From Gracilimonas sp. (GTDB lineage: Bacteria; Bacteroidota; Rhodothermia; Balneolales; Balneolaceae), in assembly GCF_965227785.1 (NCBI RefSeq), contig NZ_OZ245785.1, forward strand, positions 1,446,293 through 1,510,292: DNA of 64,000 bases. The letters run 5' to 3'. Below, in pieces: positions 40,398 to 50,171 of this stretch. The notes beneath the pieces were generated by a model. That model saw nothing but the letters and a program-made list of their open reading frames with translations. It made no database searches and had not been told where the DNA came from. The first letter of the stretch is position 1. Each line of letters opens with the position of its first letter. The translations under genes were made by a program, and so were the position numbers.

Positions 40398-41434
40398 AAA
40401 CCAATCTGAAAATTTATGGCTATACGGTGATTTTCCAGCTCGGCCTGTTCGGGCGGGAAAATATAATTAAGCCTGATTTTTGTTTGCTCTGTGGGCAGGT
40501 AGTTTAATCCAATAACAAGCTCGTCATTGTTTAAGGCCGGAATGTCTTCTGATTGAAAACTATCCCAGCGTACTAAAAACTGTGCTTTTTCAAGAAATTT
40601 AAAACCACCCGTCACCTGATATCCCATAATTGTATCATCAAATTCTCCGGACTGATTATAGTCAATCAATGCAGAAAGGAACTCCCCTCCCATAATAAAT
40701 CCGCTGTTTTCAACCCTTAAATCTCCGCCAAAAATAGCATATTCTCCATCAATGGAAGGAATCGTTCCGGCGGCTATGGATTTATTATCTTGTTCTCCAT
40801 AGGATCCATTTGCTCCTAATGCCAGGTTGGTCCCGTCTTTAAATTCAGTATCAAAAGATAACCGGCCGGCATAGTAGAAAGCATCGTTGTCATTTGGCTG
40901 CAAATTATTTCCATTGAATACCCCAAGAGAATAGCCCAAGCCCTGATCAAGGCGTCCATGTATCCTTACTCCAATATCCCGGTTTTCTGCTAACGCCTTA
41001 ACTACCTGCGACCGGCTCACGAAATCAAGATTTTGGGGACCTTTCAGGAATTCTGCACTGATGCCAGGTTTTTGAGCACCGGCCGTCACTTTAAATGCAT
41101 TATTGAAGCTATATCCTGCCGTAGCATCCAACAGAATGGGATTGTCGGCCGCGTCAAAATGGACTACATAGCTAAAGCCTCCGTCCAGCTTTCCGCTTAA
41201 CTTTAATCGTGCCGTTGGAAGTGAAAAACTCCGGGATGAAGCCGGTGCCTGATCATCAAAATCATACAAACCCTGAACCTGAACCAGTGCCCCCACAGAC
41301 AAAGATTCGTTTTTAAACAAATCACGAAGTTCGTCCATAATTGATGAATCGTCCTGTGCTATCGCCGATGAGTTTAAAAGGCTGCATACAATCACCAGAA
41401 ATAAAGTTGGGAAAAGATTTTGTGAAGGTCTCAT
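40394..41434 (-). CDS. Outer-membrane porin (phosphate-selective porin O/P-like)
   Basis: Signal peptide ending AIAQ, alternating beta-strand pattern, C-terminal ...FQIGF. Confidence 0.55.
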   Translation of the reverse strand: MRPSQNLFPTLFLVIVCSLLNSSAIAQDDSSIMDELRDLFKNESLSVGALVQVQGLYDFDDQAPASSRSFSLPTARLKLSGKLDGGFSYVVHFDAADNPILLDATAGYSFNNAFKVTAGAQKPGISAEFLKGPQNLDFVSRSQVVKALAENRDIGVRIHGRLDQGLGYSLGVFNGNNLQPNDNDAFYYAGRLSFDTEFKDGTNLALGANGSYGEQDNKSIAAGTIPSIDGEYAIFGGDLRVENSGFIMGGEFLSALIDYNQSGEFDDTIMGYQVTGGFKFLEKAQFLVRWDSFQSEDIPALNNDELVIGLNYLPTEQTKIRLNYIFPPEQAELENHRIAINFQIGF

Positions 41435-41453
41435 AATGGATATTGATTATCGG

Positions 41454-42722
41454 TTAAAACCCAATTACAAGGCGGGCACCTAGAACAACGGCGTCATCCA
41501 GCGTGGCGTCCAACCCGGGATTGAGTATATATTGGGCATTTCCCTGAACCTGAACATAATCATTTAATGCGAATTGGTGCGTAAACTCAATATTGGTTTC
41601 TGCTTTTTCAGGTTTATAGCTATTCAGATAAGTTACGCTTCTGTATTCAGGGCTTGCCATTGCATGAGCTACCGCTAAACCGGTCTGATCATCGGGGCGA
41701 CCCGGTATCAATCCATCAAAAACAAAACCACCTCCTAAAAACCCATTCAGCATATTAATGGCAGGATTCACTGCCCCGGCTCTGAAAAAAGCCCTCAGGC
41801 TTCGCGGGTGAGTTGATGTATTTGAAAAAATCTCGTACTCCCCAAGTGCATAGAAACCATACTCCTGCTCCCGAAACCCGGTTACTTCCCAGGTATTTTG
41901 TTCCTTACTGTAAAACCATCCCCCAACCGCAATTTTGTTATTACCGACTACCCCTGGATCTAACATATTCTGCAAGCGGGTTACCCGGTTCCTCATTTGC
42001 AGACTATTATCTCTCAGCGACTGAAATCCAATTTCTCCAATTACGAAAACTCCATCACGCTCCCGCAGGAAAATTTTTGTCCCTCTTGTATTGCCCGGAT
42101 CGGAAGGGACTCCGTCCAAAACTGCGGCCTGAGCATATAACCCACTGAATGGGTTGATCTTTAACCGGGTAGCAAGAGAAGTATACGGAAAGGTGGAAGG
42201 TCCGAGAACCCCACTTAACGCAATGGTAGGATCTAATCCGTGTGAGCTGTTCATAAATAAAAGACTACTGTTCAGGACATTGAACTCCGAGTTAATGTCA
42301 TACAAACCCAAAAGAATAGAACTGTTGGCAAGAAAAAATTTCTTCTGCACCCAAATTTCAAATATCCGCCAGGAGTTTTCCGCCTCAATATTGCTTACAC
42401 CCTGCAAATCACCGGCAAGTCTGCTAATACTCCCACCCTGATTCCCAATACCGTACACATAAAAGGTAGTCCCTGAAAGTCCGAGTGGAAGTTCATCGAA
42501 GTTTACCTGCATGTTTACATCAATATTATCGAAGTAGCGTACGCCGGTTTCATTCCCTCCGGATGCGTTCCAGAAGAAATCACCGGTATAGCTTACACTG
42601 ACTTCAAATGGGTTGGTCGCATTCTCCTCAGCTTTTTGAGCAAATATTTCTGCCGGTTGCAGAAATAAAAAAAGAGCGAACAATAATCCGGATTTGCCGA
42701 GAGATATTCGTTGAGTAATCAA
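41454..42722 (-). CDS. Carbohydrate-selective porin, OprB family (TTG start)
   Basis: Signal peptide ending IFAQ, YTGDFFWNASGG, GDLQGVSNIEA...RIFEIWVQKKF, C-terminal aromatic residue. Confidence 0.65.
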   Translation of the reverse strand: MITQRISLGKSGLLFALFLFLQPAEIFAQKAEENATNPFEVSVSYTGDFFWNASGGNETGVRYFDNIDVNMQVNFDELPLGLSGTTFYVYGIGNQGGSISRLAGDLQGVSNIEAENSWRIFEIWVQKKFFLANSSILLGLYDINSEFNVLNSSLLFMNSSHGLDPTIALSGVLGPSTFPYTSLATRLKINPFSGLYAQAAVLDGVPSDPGNTRGTKIFLRERDGVFVIGEIGFQSLRDNSLQMRNRVTRLQNMLDPGVVGNNKIAVGGWFYSKEQNTWEVTGFREQEYGFYALGEYEIFSNTSTHPRSLRAFFRAGAVNPAINMLNGFLGGGFVFDGLIPGRPDDQTGLAVAHAMASPEYRSVTYLNSYKPEKAETNIEFTHQFALNDYVQVQGNAQYILNPGLDATLDDAVVLGARLVIGF

Positions 42723-42896
42723 GCTATTTGTTGTTTTGTGAACCTTTGAAGAATCATCTTATTCAATGTGATTAGTCGATTGATCATTCACCGCCCCGCT
42801 ATCTTTATTTTGACTGTCTTTAAACTACCTGCAATCATGAGGTTGCTTAGGGAATCAATGACTTGATTTCTATCTTTGCCCACCTAATATAGAATT

Positions 42897-43646
42897 ATGG
42901 AACTACTCTCGCTCCCCATCACCAAGGTTTTTTTGTATGCGCTTCTTACAGCGGTTACTACCGGTTTAGGGGCTGTGCCCTTCTTTTTTATAAAGAATAT
43001 TTCCCCTTCCCTGTTGGGTAAATCCAATGCTGCTGCTTCCGGATTGATGCTCGCCGCCAGTTTCAGCCTCATAATGGAGGGGTACAATATAGATCAATGG
43101 ATGACATTGGGCGGGATGCTGGGCGGCGTGGTTCTGGTGGTATTAGCTAACCGCTGGATGGAGGACCGAACCGAGGTTGGTGTTGAAGACCTTATTACCG
43201 GTAAGCGCAAACAGATGTTGCTTTTCCTGGGTATCATGACCGTTCATTCCTTTGCCGAGGGTGTAAGCGTTGGTGTTTCTTTTGCCAACACCATGGAGTT
43301 TGGCGTTTTTATCGCTATTGCGATTGCTGTCCATAACATCCCGGAAGGGCTGGCTATCAGCCTGGTTATGGTTCCTCAGGGAACTTCTCCATTTAAAGCC
43401 GTGCTTTGGAGTATTTTTTCGAGTCTTCCCCAACCATTAATGGCTATACCTGCTTTCCTGTTTGTTGAAGTTTTTAAAGAATACCTTCCCTTTGGCTTGG
43501 GGTTTGCCGCCGGTGCTATGATCTGGATGGTTTTTGCTGATCTGATTCCCGAAGCACTTGAAAAGTGTTCTCCCAAAAAAGTTGGGCTTTGGGTTACACT
43601 GGCTATTCTTGCCATGAGTGCTTTCCAGATTCTAATCGGGCATTAA
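42897..43646 (+). CDS. ZIP family metal transporter
   Basis: HSFAEGVSVG and AVHNIPEGLA motifs; 8 TM-like segments. Confidence 0.85.
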   Translation: MELLSLPITKVFLYALLTAVTTGLGAVPFFFIKNISPSLLGKSNAAASGLMLAASFSLIMEGYNIDQWMTLGGMLGGVVLVVLANRWMEDRTEVGVEDLITGKRKQMLLFLGIMTVHSFAEGVSVGVSFANTMEFGVFIAIAIAVHNIPEGLAISLVMVPQGTSPFKAVLWSIFSSLPQPLMAIPAFLFVEVFKEYLPFGLGFAAGAMIWMVFADLIPEALEKCSPKKVGLWVTLAILAMSAFQILIGH

Positions 43647-43807
43647 TTTTTAATTGATCGATACCTCCCTGTGGCAATGCTTGTAAAATTTAGCAGAACC
43701 TGATCAGGCAATTTCATTTACATTCTTTTTTAAGTTTTTTTCAAAGCCTGAATTGTTCATTTCGTATTTTATATGAAATAAATTTTCAAGTTTTTTTCTT
43801 TAAGACA

Positions 43808-45073
43808 TTGATCTTTAGGCATACTCTGCTCCTACTCTTTTTACTGATCCCCATATATTCGTTCTCACAAACAGAAAACAACGACACCCCTGAGGAGAAA
43901 CAAACCCTCAATGTGTATTTAGATTGTCGTGGATGTAATGGAAGTTATGTTCGCTCTGAGGTGAATTTCATTAACTTTGTGCGCGATCAATCGGATGCCG
44001 AAGTTCATCTTCTGGTCACCCTGCAGCAAACAGGAAGCGGAGGTTGGGAGCATACCCTGAATTTTATGGGACAGGGTTTTATTGAGGATAAATCTCAGAT
44101 TCTCACCTTTGTCAGCCCAAAATCGGACACCAACGACGAAATGCGCCGCCGCCTTGTGAAACACGTCAAATTAGGACTGGTCTATTTTCTGGCCGGACGG
44201 GAAGTTCTCTCCGATTTGAATGTTAATTTTTCAGGTTCATTAAGCGAGAATACAAAAGTGAGTGAAGTGGACCCCTGGAACAGCTGGATATTCCGGGTAA
44301 GAGCCAGCACCGATTTTGACGGTGAACAGTCGCAAGGTAACCTCAGGCTAAACGGAAATGTTGATGCCCGCCGTATTACCGATCAGTGGAAAATCAATTT
44401 TAACTATAATCAGAACTACCGACGCCGAAGCTTTACCTCAAAGGACAGCACGGGCAAAGAAACAACCGATATCTACATCACTGAAAACCAGCGATTTTTT
44501 GGTCTGCAGGCTTTTAGCTTAGGAGATCACTGGACGGTAGGTGCATACCAGCGAGCCCAGTCATCAACCCAGAATAACATTGATTTAAGCATTGGCGCAA
44601 CTCCCTCTATCGAATATAGTCTGTTCCCTTACCAAGAATTTAACCGACGGGAAGTAACGTTTCGCTATGGTATTCTCGGGTCATATTACGACTACAGCGA
44701 AACCACCATTTATAACAAAGATGAGGAGTTCTTGTGGAGACAGGAGCTTACTATCAGAACGGATTTCACTCAGCCCTGGGGTGGAATTTACGGTTGGCTT
44801 GACGCCGGCGCTTACATGCACGACTTCAGCAAGAATCGTGTGAATATGGGCTTCCGTGTTAATATGAGAATCGTAAGGGGCCTCTCGATTTTCTTTTCCG
44901 GACGATACTCTTTAATCAACGATCAGCTTAGTCTTCCGGCCGGTGATTTAACCGAAGAAGAACGACTACTTAATTTATCCCAACAAGCCACCTCATATGA
45001 ATACGGTGGCTCATTCGGATTTGAATTCAACTTCGGTTCCGTTTATAACAACGTGATCAACCCTCGTTTTTAA
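43808..45073 (+). CDS. Hypothetical outer-membrane beta-barrel protein
   Basis: Signal peptide ending SFSQ, beta-strand alternation, C-terminal F; no family recognised. Confidence 0.5.
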   Translation: MIFRHTLLLLFLLIPIYSFSQTENNDTPEEKQTLNVYLDCRGCNGSYVRSEVNFINFVRDQSDAEVHLLVTLQQTGSGGWEHTLNFMGQGFIEDKSQILTFVSPKSDTNDEMRRRLVKHVKLGLVYFLAGREVLSDLNVNFSGSLSENTKVSEVDPWNSWIFRVRASTDFDGEQSQGNLRLNGNVDARRITDQWKINFNYNQNYRRRSFTSKDSTGKETTDIYITENQRFFGLQAFSLGDHWTVGAYQRAQSSTQNNIDLSIGATPSIEYSLFPYQEFNRREVTFRYGILGSYYDYSETTIYNKDEEFLWRQELTIRTDFTQPWGGIYGWLDAGAYMHDFSKNRVNMGFRVNMRIVRGLSIFFSGRYSLINDQLSLPAGDLTEEERLLNLSQQATSYEYGGSFGFEFNFGSVYNNVINPRF

Positions 45074-45966
45074 GCGTTATTCCCGTTGCTGATCATAGAC
45101 GCATTCAGTTTCTCTCCGCCTCTGATTCCAAAGTCCAGCGTTCGGATTGGGTATGGAATCATAATGTCGTTCTCATCAAAAGCTTTTTTCAATGCGATGA
45201 TCGCTTCACTTTGAGCTCCCCAATATTGAGGCAATTTATCAAATGTTATCCAAAAGCGAATTTTGAAGTTTACTGAACTGCCTCCGAACTCATCAAAATA
45301 AAGTTCAACGTCTTTAGAAGTATCCCTCATATCCAAGTTTTCGATAGCTTCAATGGCTATTTTTCGGGCTTTTTCGAGATCATCCCCGTAGGAAACACCG
45401 CAGGCTAAATCAATTCTTCGCTCTCCGTTCTTAGTGTAATTTATAAACGGGTTTTCATACACTACTTTATTAGGTACATATATGATTTGACCCTGTGGAG
45501 TACGTATAACTGTATTTCTTAGGTTTAGCTTTTCAACGGTTCCAAATAAGTCATTGGTTTCTATGATATCACCTATCCCGAATGGGTGGCGAACCGACAA
45601 CAATACACCCGAAATAAAGTTGGAGGCGATATCCTGAAAGGCAAAACCTAAAGCCAGCCCAATAATACCCGCACCGGCAAGCAAGCTGGTTACCATTCCA
45701 TCCAGGTTCAGAATGCTAAGCGCAATAAAAACCCCAACACCAATTACCAGAACTCCCAAAACAGTTTGGGCTAATCCGGTTACGGTTTTGTTAGTCGTGA
45801 CTCTGGAAAGTACGTTGCCAACAAATTTCCGTATCCCTTTTGCAATAGCGTAAAAAACGATGACTACCAGTAAGGCTACCGCAAGGTTGGGCAGCATTTC
45901 AATGGTTGTAGTCAGCCATTCTTCTACTTTTCCAGTTACTAATTCGTAAATATTTCCTATTTCCAT
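45070..45966 (-). CDS. Mechanosensitive ion channel (MscS family)
   Basis: Three TMs followed by GDIIETNDLFGTVEKLNLRNTVIRTPQGQIIYVPN. Confidence 0.85.
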   Translation of the reverse strand: MEIGNIYELVTGKVEEWLTTTIEMLPNLAVALLVVIVFYAIAKGIRKFVGNVLSRVTTNKTVTGLAQTVLGVLVIGVGVFIALSILNLDGMVTSLLAGAGIIGLALGFAFQDIASNFISGVLLSVRHPFGIGDIIETNDLFGTVEKLNLRNTVIRTPQGQIIYVPNKVVYENPFINYTKNGERRIDLACGVSYGDDLEKARKIAIEAIENLDMRDTSKDVELYFDEFGGSSVNFKIRFWITFDKLPQYWGAQSEAIIALKKAFDENDIMIPYPIRTLDFGIRGGEKLNASMISNGNNA

Positions 45967-46079
45967 TTGTTATAAGTTGTTTTCTGTTATGATCTTATGC
46001 TATTATGAAGGAAATTGAGTAAGAAATTGTTCCATACAGCACGTCACTTAGAAAATATTAATACAACTCCCCTTATTTC

Positions 46080-46724
46080 ATGAATCTATATTCCAAAAAA
46101 GCGCTCACCTCTGTTTTTACTGTTCTGATAACTTTTCTATTAATTTTTCCCCTGAACGCCCAAGACTATGCCAACAGTGCTAATGAGGTGTCGCCCTTAC
46201 TGATCAGTTCTGAAATTCCGGATGTAGCCGTTAAAAACATCAAGGGTGAAACAATCAGTCTCCGTGATAAAGTATCCGAACAGCCGTCCATATTGGTTTT
46301 TTACCGCGGCGGTTGGTGCCCATATTGTAGCCGTCATCTTGCCGACCTTAAAAAGATTGAAGAAGATTTGTATGAAATCGGTTATCAAGTATTAGCCATC
46401 AGTCCCGATCGCCCCGAAAAACTCAAGGCCACTCTCAATGAAAACGAATTGGGCTATACCCTCCTTTCCGATAGCCCTATGAATGCAACAAAAGCATTCG
46501 GCTTAGCTTTTAAGGTTGATACTGAAACTGTTGAGAGGTATAAATCTATAGGTATTGACCTTGAAGGAGATTCAGGGTATGATCACCATCTGCTACCGGC
46601 ACCAGCTGTTTATATTGTGAATACAGAAGGAAAAGTCCGGTTCAATTATGTGAATCCGAATTATAAAGAGCGCATTGATGGCGATGTTTTACTTACCGCT
46701 GCTAAAGCCTATTACGAAGAATAA
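46080..46724 (+). CDS. Peroxiredoxin-like / AhpC-TSA family thioredoxin-fold protein, secreted
   Basis: Signal peptide; FYRGGWCPYC redox motif. Confidence 0.75.
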   Translation: MNLYSKKALTSVFTVLITFLLIFPLNAQDYANSANEVSPLLISSEIPDVAVKNIKGETISLRDKVSEQPSILVFYRGGWCPYCSRHLADLKKIEEDLYEIGYQVLAISPDRPEKLKATLNENELGYTLLSDSPMNATKAFGLAFKVDTETVERYKSIGIDLEGDSGYDHHLLPAPAVYIVNTEGKVRFNYVNPNYKERIDGDVLLTAAKAYYEE

Positions 46725-46735
46725 GAACACATCGA

Positions 46736-47464
46736 ATGGCCGGCTATAAACTGTACAGTAAAAGTGAACTGGATATATCCGGCCTTAAAGTTGAAGTACA
46801 ACGGAAAAATGTTAAGAATCTGAACCTGCGGGTTTATCCTGCTGAGCGTCGGGTGAAGGTCTCTATTCCCCGGCGTATATCCGATTCCGAAGTAGCAAAT
46901 TTTGTTGAAAGTAAGCTTCCATGGATTCATAAACACATGGCCAACTACCGAAGGAAGCCTAAACTCCAACCGAAGAAATATATAACCGGAGAACTACACC
47001 CGGTTTGGGGAAAAGACCTCGAGCTGGTTGTAATAGAAATGAATAAACCATCCCGGATTTGGGTAGATGGAGATAAACTGAAGTTATTCATCCGCCCTGA
47101 AACCGATCAACAAAAGAGAGCCTCTGTACTAAAAGAGTGGTACCGAAAGGAATTAAAGCAAACAATTCCTGAGCTCATTGAGAAGTGGGAGCCCAAAATG
47201 GATGTGAAGGTGGAAGAGTTTGGAGTAAAGTACATGAAAACACGATGGGGTACCTGTAATATTCAGGCCCGCCGAATTTGGTTTAACCTGGAATTGGCCA
47301 AAAAGCGACCGGAGCTGCTGGAATATGTCGTTGTCCATGAAATGGTGCACTTGCTTGAGCGGCTGCACAGTAAACGGTTTTACAATTTTATGACACACTT
47401 TTTACCGGAGTGGAAATCATTGAAAGATGAGCTGAATGGAAAGTCCCAAATCTTGGATTGTTGA
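46736..47464 (+). CDS. YgjP-like (DUF45) M48-type metallopeptidase
   Basis: TRWGTC and HEMVHLLE zinc motif. Confidence 0.8.
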   Translation: MAGYKLYSKSELDISGLKVEVQRKNVKNLNLRVYPAERRVKVSIPRRISDSEVANFVESKLPWIHKHMANYRRKPKLQPKKYITGELHPVWGKDLELVVIEMNKPSRIWVDGDKLKLFIRPETDQQKRASVLKEWYRKELKQTIPELIEKWEPKMDVKVEEFGVKYMKTRWGTCNIQARRIWFNLELAKKRPELLEYVVVHEMVHLLERLHSKRFYNFMTHFLPEWKSLKDELNGKSQILDC

Positions 47465-47479
47465 TACAGCCCTTCTAAC

Positions 47480-47953
47480 TTACTTTTTTTCAGTCCTCTC
47501 AACATCTGCAACTAACCGCCCGCCCCTCACGGTAGCGCCTAATACCAATCCTGCGCTAACCAATACCAGGTTTTTCACGATATATTGTCCTTCCAAAGTC
47601 AGGCCAAAAGGGAAACTGGTCCACACAACTTCCGGCAGAATGAAAAGAGGCAAAACAGTGCCGGGCATTTGAAGGAAAAGCAAAAAGAGGGTCGTCCTCA
47701 TGTATTTCCCAATAATAAGTCCAAGACCGATAAGGACTTCCCAACCTGCTAAAATTGGAATGAATAAATCCGGGTCTATAAAATAAACGGTATTCCTGAC
47801 TAACTCTTCAGCCGGGCTTAATCCCGGGAAAAACTTCAGCATTCCGAACCAGAAAAATATAATACCCAGCCCTATTCTAAGAGTCACAAGACCATATCGG
47901 GCCATCCACTGTGTGATTCGGTCATCTAATTTGTCAAAATACTCGTGTATCAT
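47480..47953 (-). CDS. Small integral membrane protein (DoxX/DUF417-like)
   Basis: Four hydrophobic helices; the family guess rests on general resemblance only. Confidence 0.5.
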   Translation of the reverse strand: MIHEYFDKLDDRITQWMARYGLVTLRIGLGIIFFWFGMLKFFPGLSPAEELVRNTVYFIDPDLFIPILAGWEVLIGLGLIIGKYMRTTLFLLFLQMPGTVLPLFILPEVVWTSFPFGLTLEGQYIVKNLVLVSAGLVLGATVRGGRLVADVERTEKK

Positions 47954-48090
47954 AGCTGGCTATTTTATTCAGCTTTAATGTACCGGATGTTTATAAAGAT
48001 CATGTGAAGGGATTTTTTATTTACTGCGAAGGGTTTTCAGGATTTTGTCATCTAAGTAAGTGAACCTAAAATTATATCAGGAGATATATC

Positions 48091-48582
48091 ATGAAAACCT
48101 TAGTTAAATCTTTCGCTATTACCGCTTTATTATTGAGTCTCTCAGTGAGTGCAGTCGGTCAACAACGATCTAAGAATCCAGACCGGGAACGCGGTGAACG
48201 TGTGGAACGGTTTCAGCAAAAACGAAATGCCCAGGGGCAGCAACACCAGCGAATTATGGCCATGCTCGACCTGAGTGATGAGCAAAAGGCACAGATTCAG
48301 GAAATTCACCTGAATGGCCAAAAAGAAATGCTTCCGCTTAAAACACAGCTGCAGGAAGCGCATGCCAAACTTCGAACACTAACTGTGGCCGACGAATATG
48401 AAGAAGCTGAAATTCAGGAAGTGATTGACACAATTTCCGGACTGAACAAAACAATGCTGACAACCCGGGTAGAACACCGACAACAAATCCGTGAACTACT
48501 CGATGATGATCAGCGCGTTAAATTTGATAATCTGCATCTGCGCATGCAAAAAAGGTTCTCTAAAATGAGATCAAACCGTTAG
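48091..48582 (+). CDS. Periplasmic Spy/CpxP-like protein (LTxxQ-type repeats)
   Basis: Signal peptide; LDLSDEQKAQIQEI and a helical charged body. Confidence 0.6.
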   Translation: MKTLVKSFAITALLLSLSVSAVGQQRSKNPDRERGERVERFQQKRNAQGQQHQRIMAMLDLSDEQKAQIQEIHLNGQKEMLPLKTQLQEAHAKLRTLTVADEYEEAEIQEVIDTISGLNKTMLTTRVEHRQQIRELLDDDQRVKFDNLHLRMQKRFSKMRSNR

Positions 48583-48596
48583 TAAGTAGCTTTGAA

Positions 48597-48627
48597 TGTA
48601 GGGATTGAATTCCCTGCATTTTATTTA
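48597..48627 (+). terminator. Rho-independent terminator after the Spy/CpxP-like gene
   Basis: TGTAGGGA-TTGAAT-TCCCTGCA (8 bp including one G-U pair) followed by TTTTATTT. Confidence 0.55.
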
Positions 48628-48645
48628 AGCCTCTTGGTAGCTATA

Positions 48646-49275
48646 ATGCAAGTATCAAAACCATCAAATAAAAACCCGAAAATCAGCACCATCAAAGATT
48701 CTGAATATATTGAACGGCTTAACCGCCATGATGAATCCGCCTTTAAGTTATTGGTGAATGATCATAAGGATCAGGTATATAACACCTGCCTGGGGTTTTT
48801 ACGAAATCCGCATGATGCCGAAGATGTAGCACAGGAAGTGTTTATTCAGGTATTTGATTCTATAGATGATTTCCGGGAAGACGCTGCGCTATCAACCTGG
48901 ATTTATCGCATTGCGGTTACCAAATCCCTGGAATTGATTCGATATAGAAAACGAAAGAAAAGATCCGGTTTCTTTAAAGCCATTGGATCTGTTTTCAGTG
49001 AACCGGACGAGCAGGAGGATGAGTCGGGATATATGCATCCGGGTATAAAGCTGGAAAACAAAGAACGAGCTGCGACTTTATTTAATGAAATTGAAAAGCT
49101 GCCTGAACGTCAGCGGGTGGCCTTCACTTTACAGAAAGTAGAAGGACTTAGTTATCAGGAAGTAGCCGATGTCATGGACATAAGTGTTCCCGCTGTTGAA
49201 TCACTCATTCACCGCGGGAAAGAAAACCTGAAAAAGCAGTTATATGACTATTATCAACAAAATGAATTGGGTTGA
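48646..49275 (+). CDS. ECF-type RNA polymerase sigma-70 factor (start moved to ATG 48646)
   Basis: Region 2 DAEDVAQEVFIQVF, region 4 LSYQEVADVMDISVPAVESLIHRGKENLK. The track start at 48592 lies inside a terminator hairpin. Confidence 0.85.
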   Translation: MQVSKPSNKNPKISTIKDSEYIERLNRHDESAFKLLVNDHKDQVYNTCLGFLRNPHDAEDVAQEVFIQVFDSIDDFREDAALSTWIYRIAVTKSLELIRYRKRKKRSGFFKAIGSVFSEPDEQEDESGYMHPGIKLENKERAATLFNEIEKLPERQRVAFTLQKVEGLSYQEVADVMDISVPAVESLIHRGKENLKKQLYDYYQQNELG

Positions 49276-49278
49276 ATC

Positions 49279-49608
49279 ATGAAAAATCAAAAGCAAACAG
49301 ATCGGGAAGTGGAGAAAACCCTGGCATCGCTGGACGGAATAGAGCGTGCCAACACCGATGACTTCTTTTACAGTCGGGTTACAGCACAGCTTGAAAAGCG
49401 CAACAAGGCCAGGGAATCTTCCGGTTTTGGGGTAGCTTTTGCTGCCGCAGCTGTATTCATTATACTGGTATTAAACCTGATTTTCATTTCCCAATACGAC
49501 CCTGCAACTGATGCAACAGCCACTACCCGAACCGAAGTTGTTGAGCAGCTGGCATCCGACTATCAATCCTTTGACCTGAATTATTACCAAACTTTTGAGG
49601 AAGAGTGA
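49279..49608 (+). CDS. Single-pass membrane protein, candidate anti-sigma factor
   Basis: Placed 3 nt after the sigma gene; has a central TM. Position-based call only. Confidence 0.45.
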   Translation: MKNQKQTDREVEKTLASLDGIERANTDDFFYSRVTAQLEKRNKARESSGFGVAFAAAAVFIILVLNLIFISQYDPATDATATTRTEVVEQLASDYQSFDLNYYQTFEEE

Positions 49609-49609
49609 T

Positions 49610-50122
49610 ATGAAAATTGAAACCAAATTTAAATGGGCTTTAACCGGTTTTCTTGTGATGGTACTGCTCAACGCTGCACTTCTTACCACAATCTGGGTTA
49701 AAAAGTCAGGTAACCGTGACGGAAGAAGCTTTCGCGACAATGACCGGAATCCAAATGTTATTCACCGATATATGCAGCGAGAGCTACAGCTCACCGATGT
49801 CCAGACCGATTCCTTGTCTGCTTTGCGCAAATCACATTTTCAGGAGATGAGGGAACTTCGAAAGGAGCTTAACGAAGACCGGCGTTCCTATTTTAATTTT
49901 ATCATGGGTGATGAAGCCGATAATGACCAAAAGCGCGACTCTATCCTGACTGAACTCACCAACCGGTACAACCTCATTGAGAATATGTTTTATACCCATA
50001 TGACGGACATGAAAGAAATCCTCAACAGTGAGCAGCAGGAACGTTTTGAGCAGTTGATGAGGGAGACTTTTCTCCATGACCGAAAAGATGGCAGCATGAA
50101 AATGCCCAATAGAAACAGGTAG
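49610..50122 (+). CDS. Membrane-anchored Spy/CpxP-like periplasmic protein (start moved to ATG 49610)
   Basis: N-terminal TM; LQLTDVQTDSL LTxxQ motif. Confidence 0.55.
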   Translation: MKIETKFKWALTGFLVMVLLNAALLTTIWVKKSGNRDGRSFRDNDRNPNVIHRYMQRELQLTDVQTDSLSALRKSHFQEMRELRKELNEDRRSYFNFIMGDEADNDQKRDSILTELTNRYNLIENMFYTHMTDMKEILNSEQQERFEQLMRETFLHDRKDGSMKMPNRNR

Positions 50123-50171
50123 ACTAATCGTTTGTCGATGTTCGGGCGATTATTGCGTATCTTTAACGCCT

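Noticed and set aside
42751-42789. Possible Fur/Zur-type operator (GAATCATCTTATTCAATGTGATTAGTCGATTGATCATTC) between the OprB-like porin and the ZIP transporter
   Set aside because: It contains only a weak imperfect palindrome. I have no validated Zur/Fur consensus for this lineage, so I cannot distinguish it from AT-rich promoter DNA.
50128-50148. Three in-phase TCG-initiated heptamers (TCGTTTG TCGATGT TCGGGCG) between the Spy-like gene and rlmN
   Set aside because: The run is too short, and no inverted partner was found. I cannot separate it from chance.
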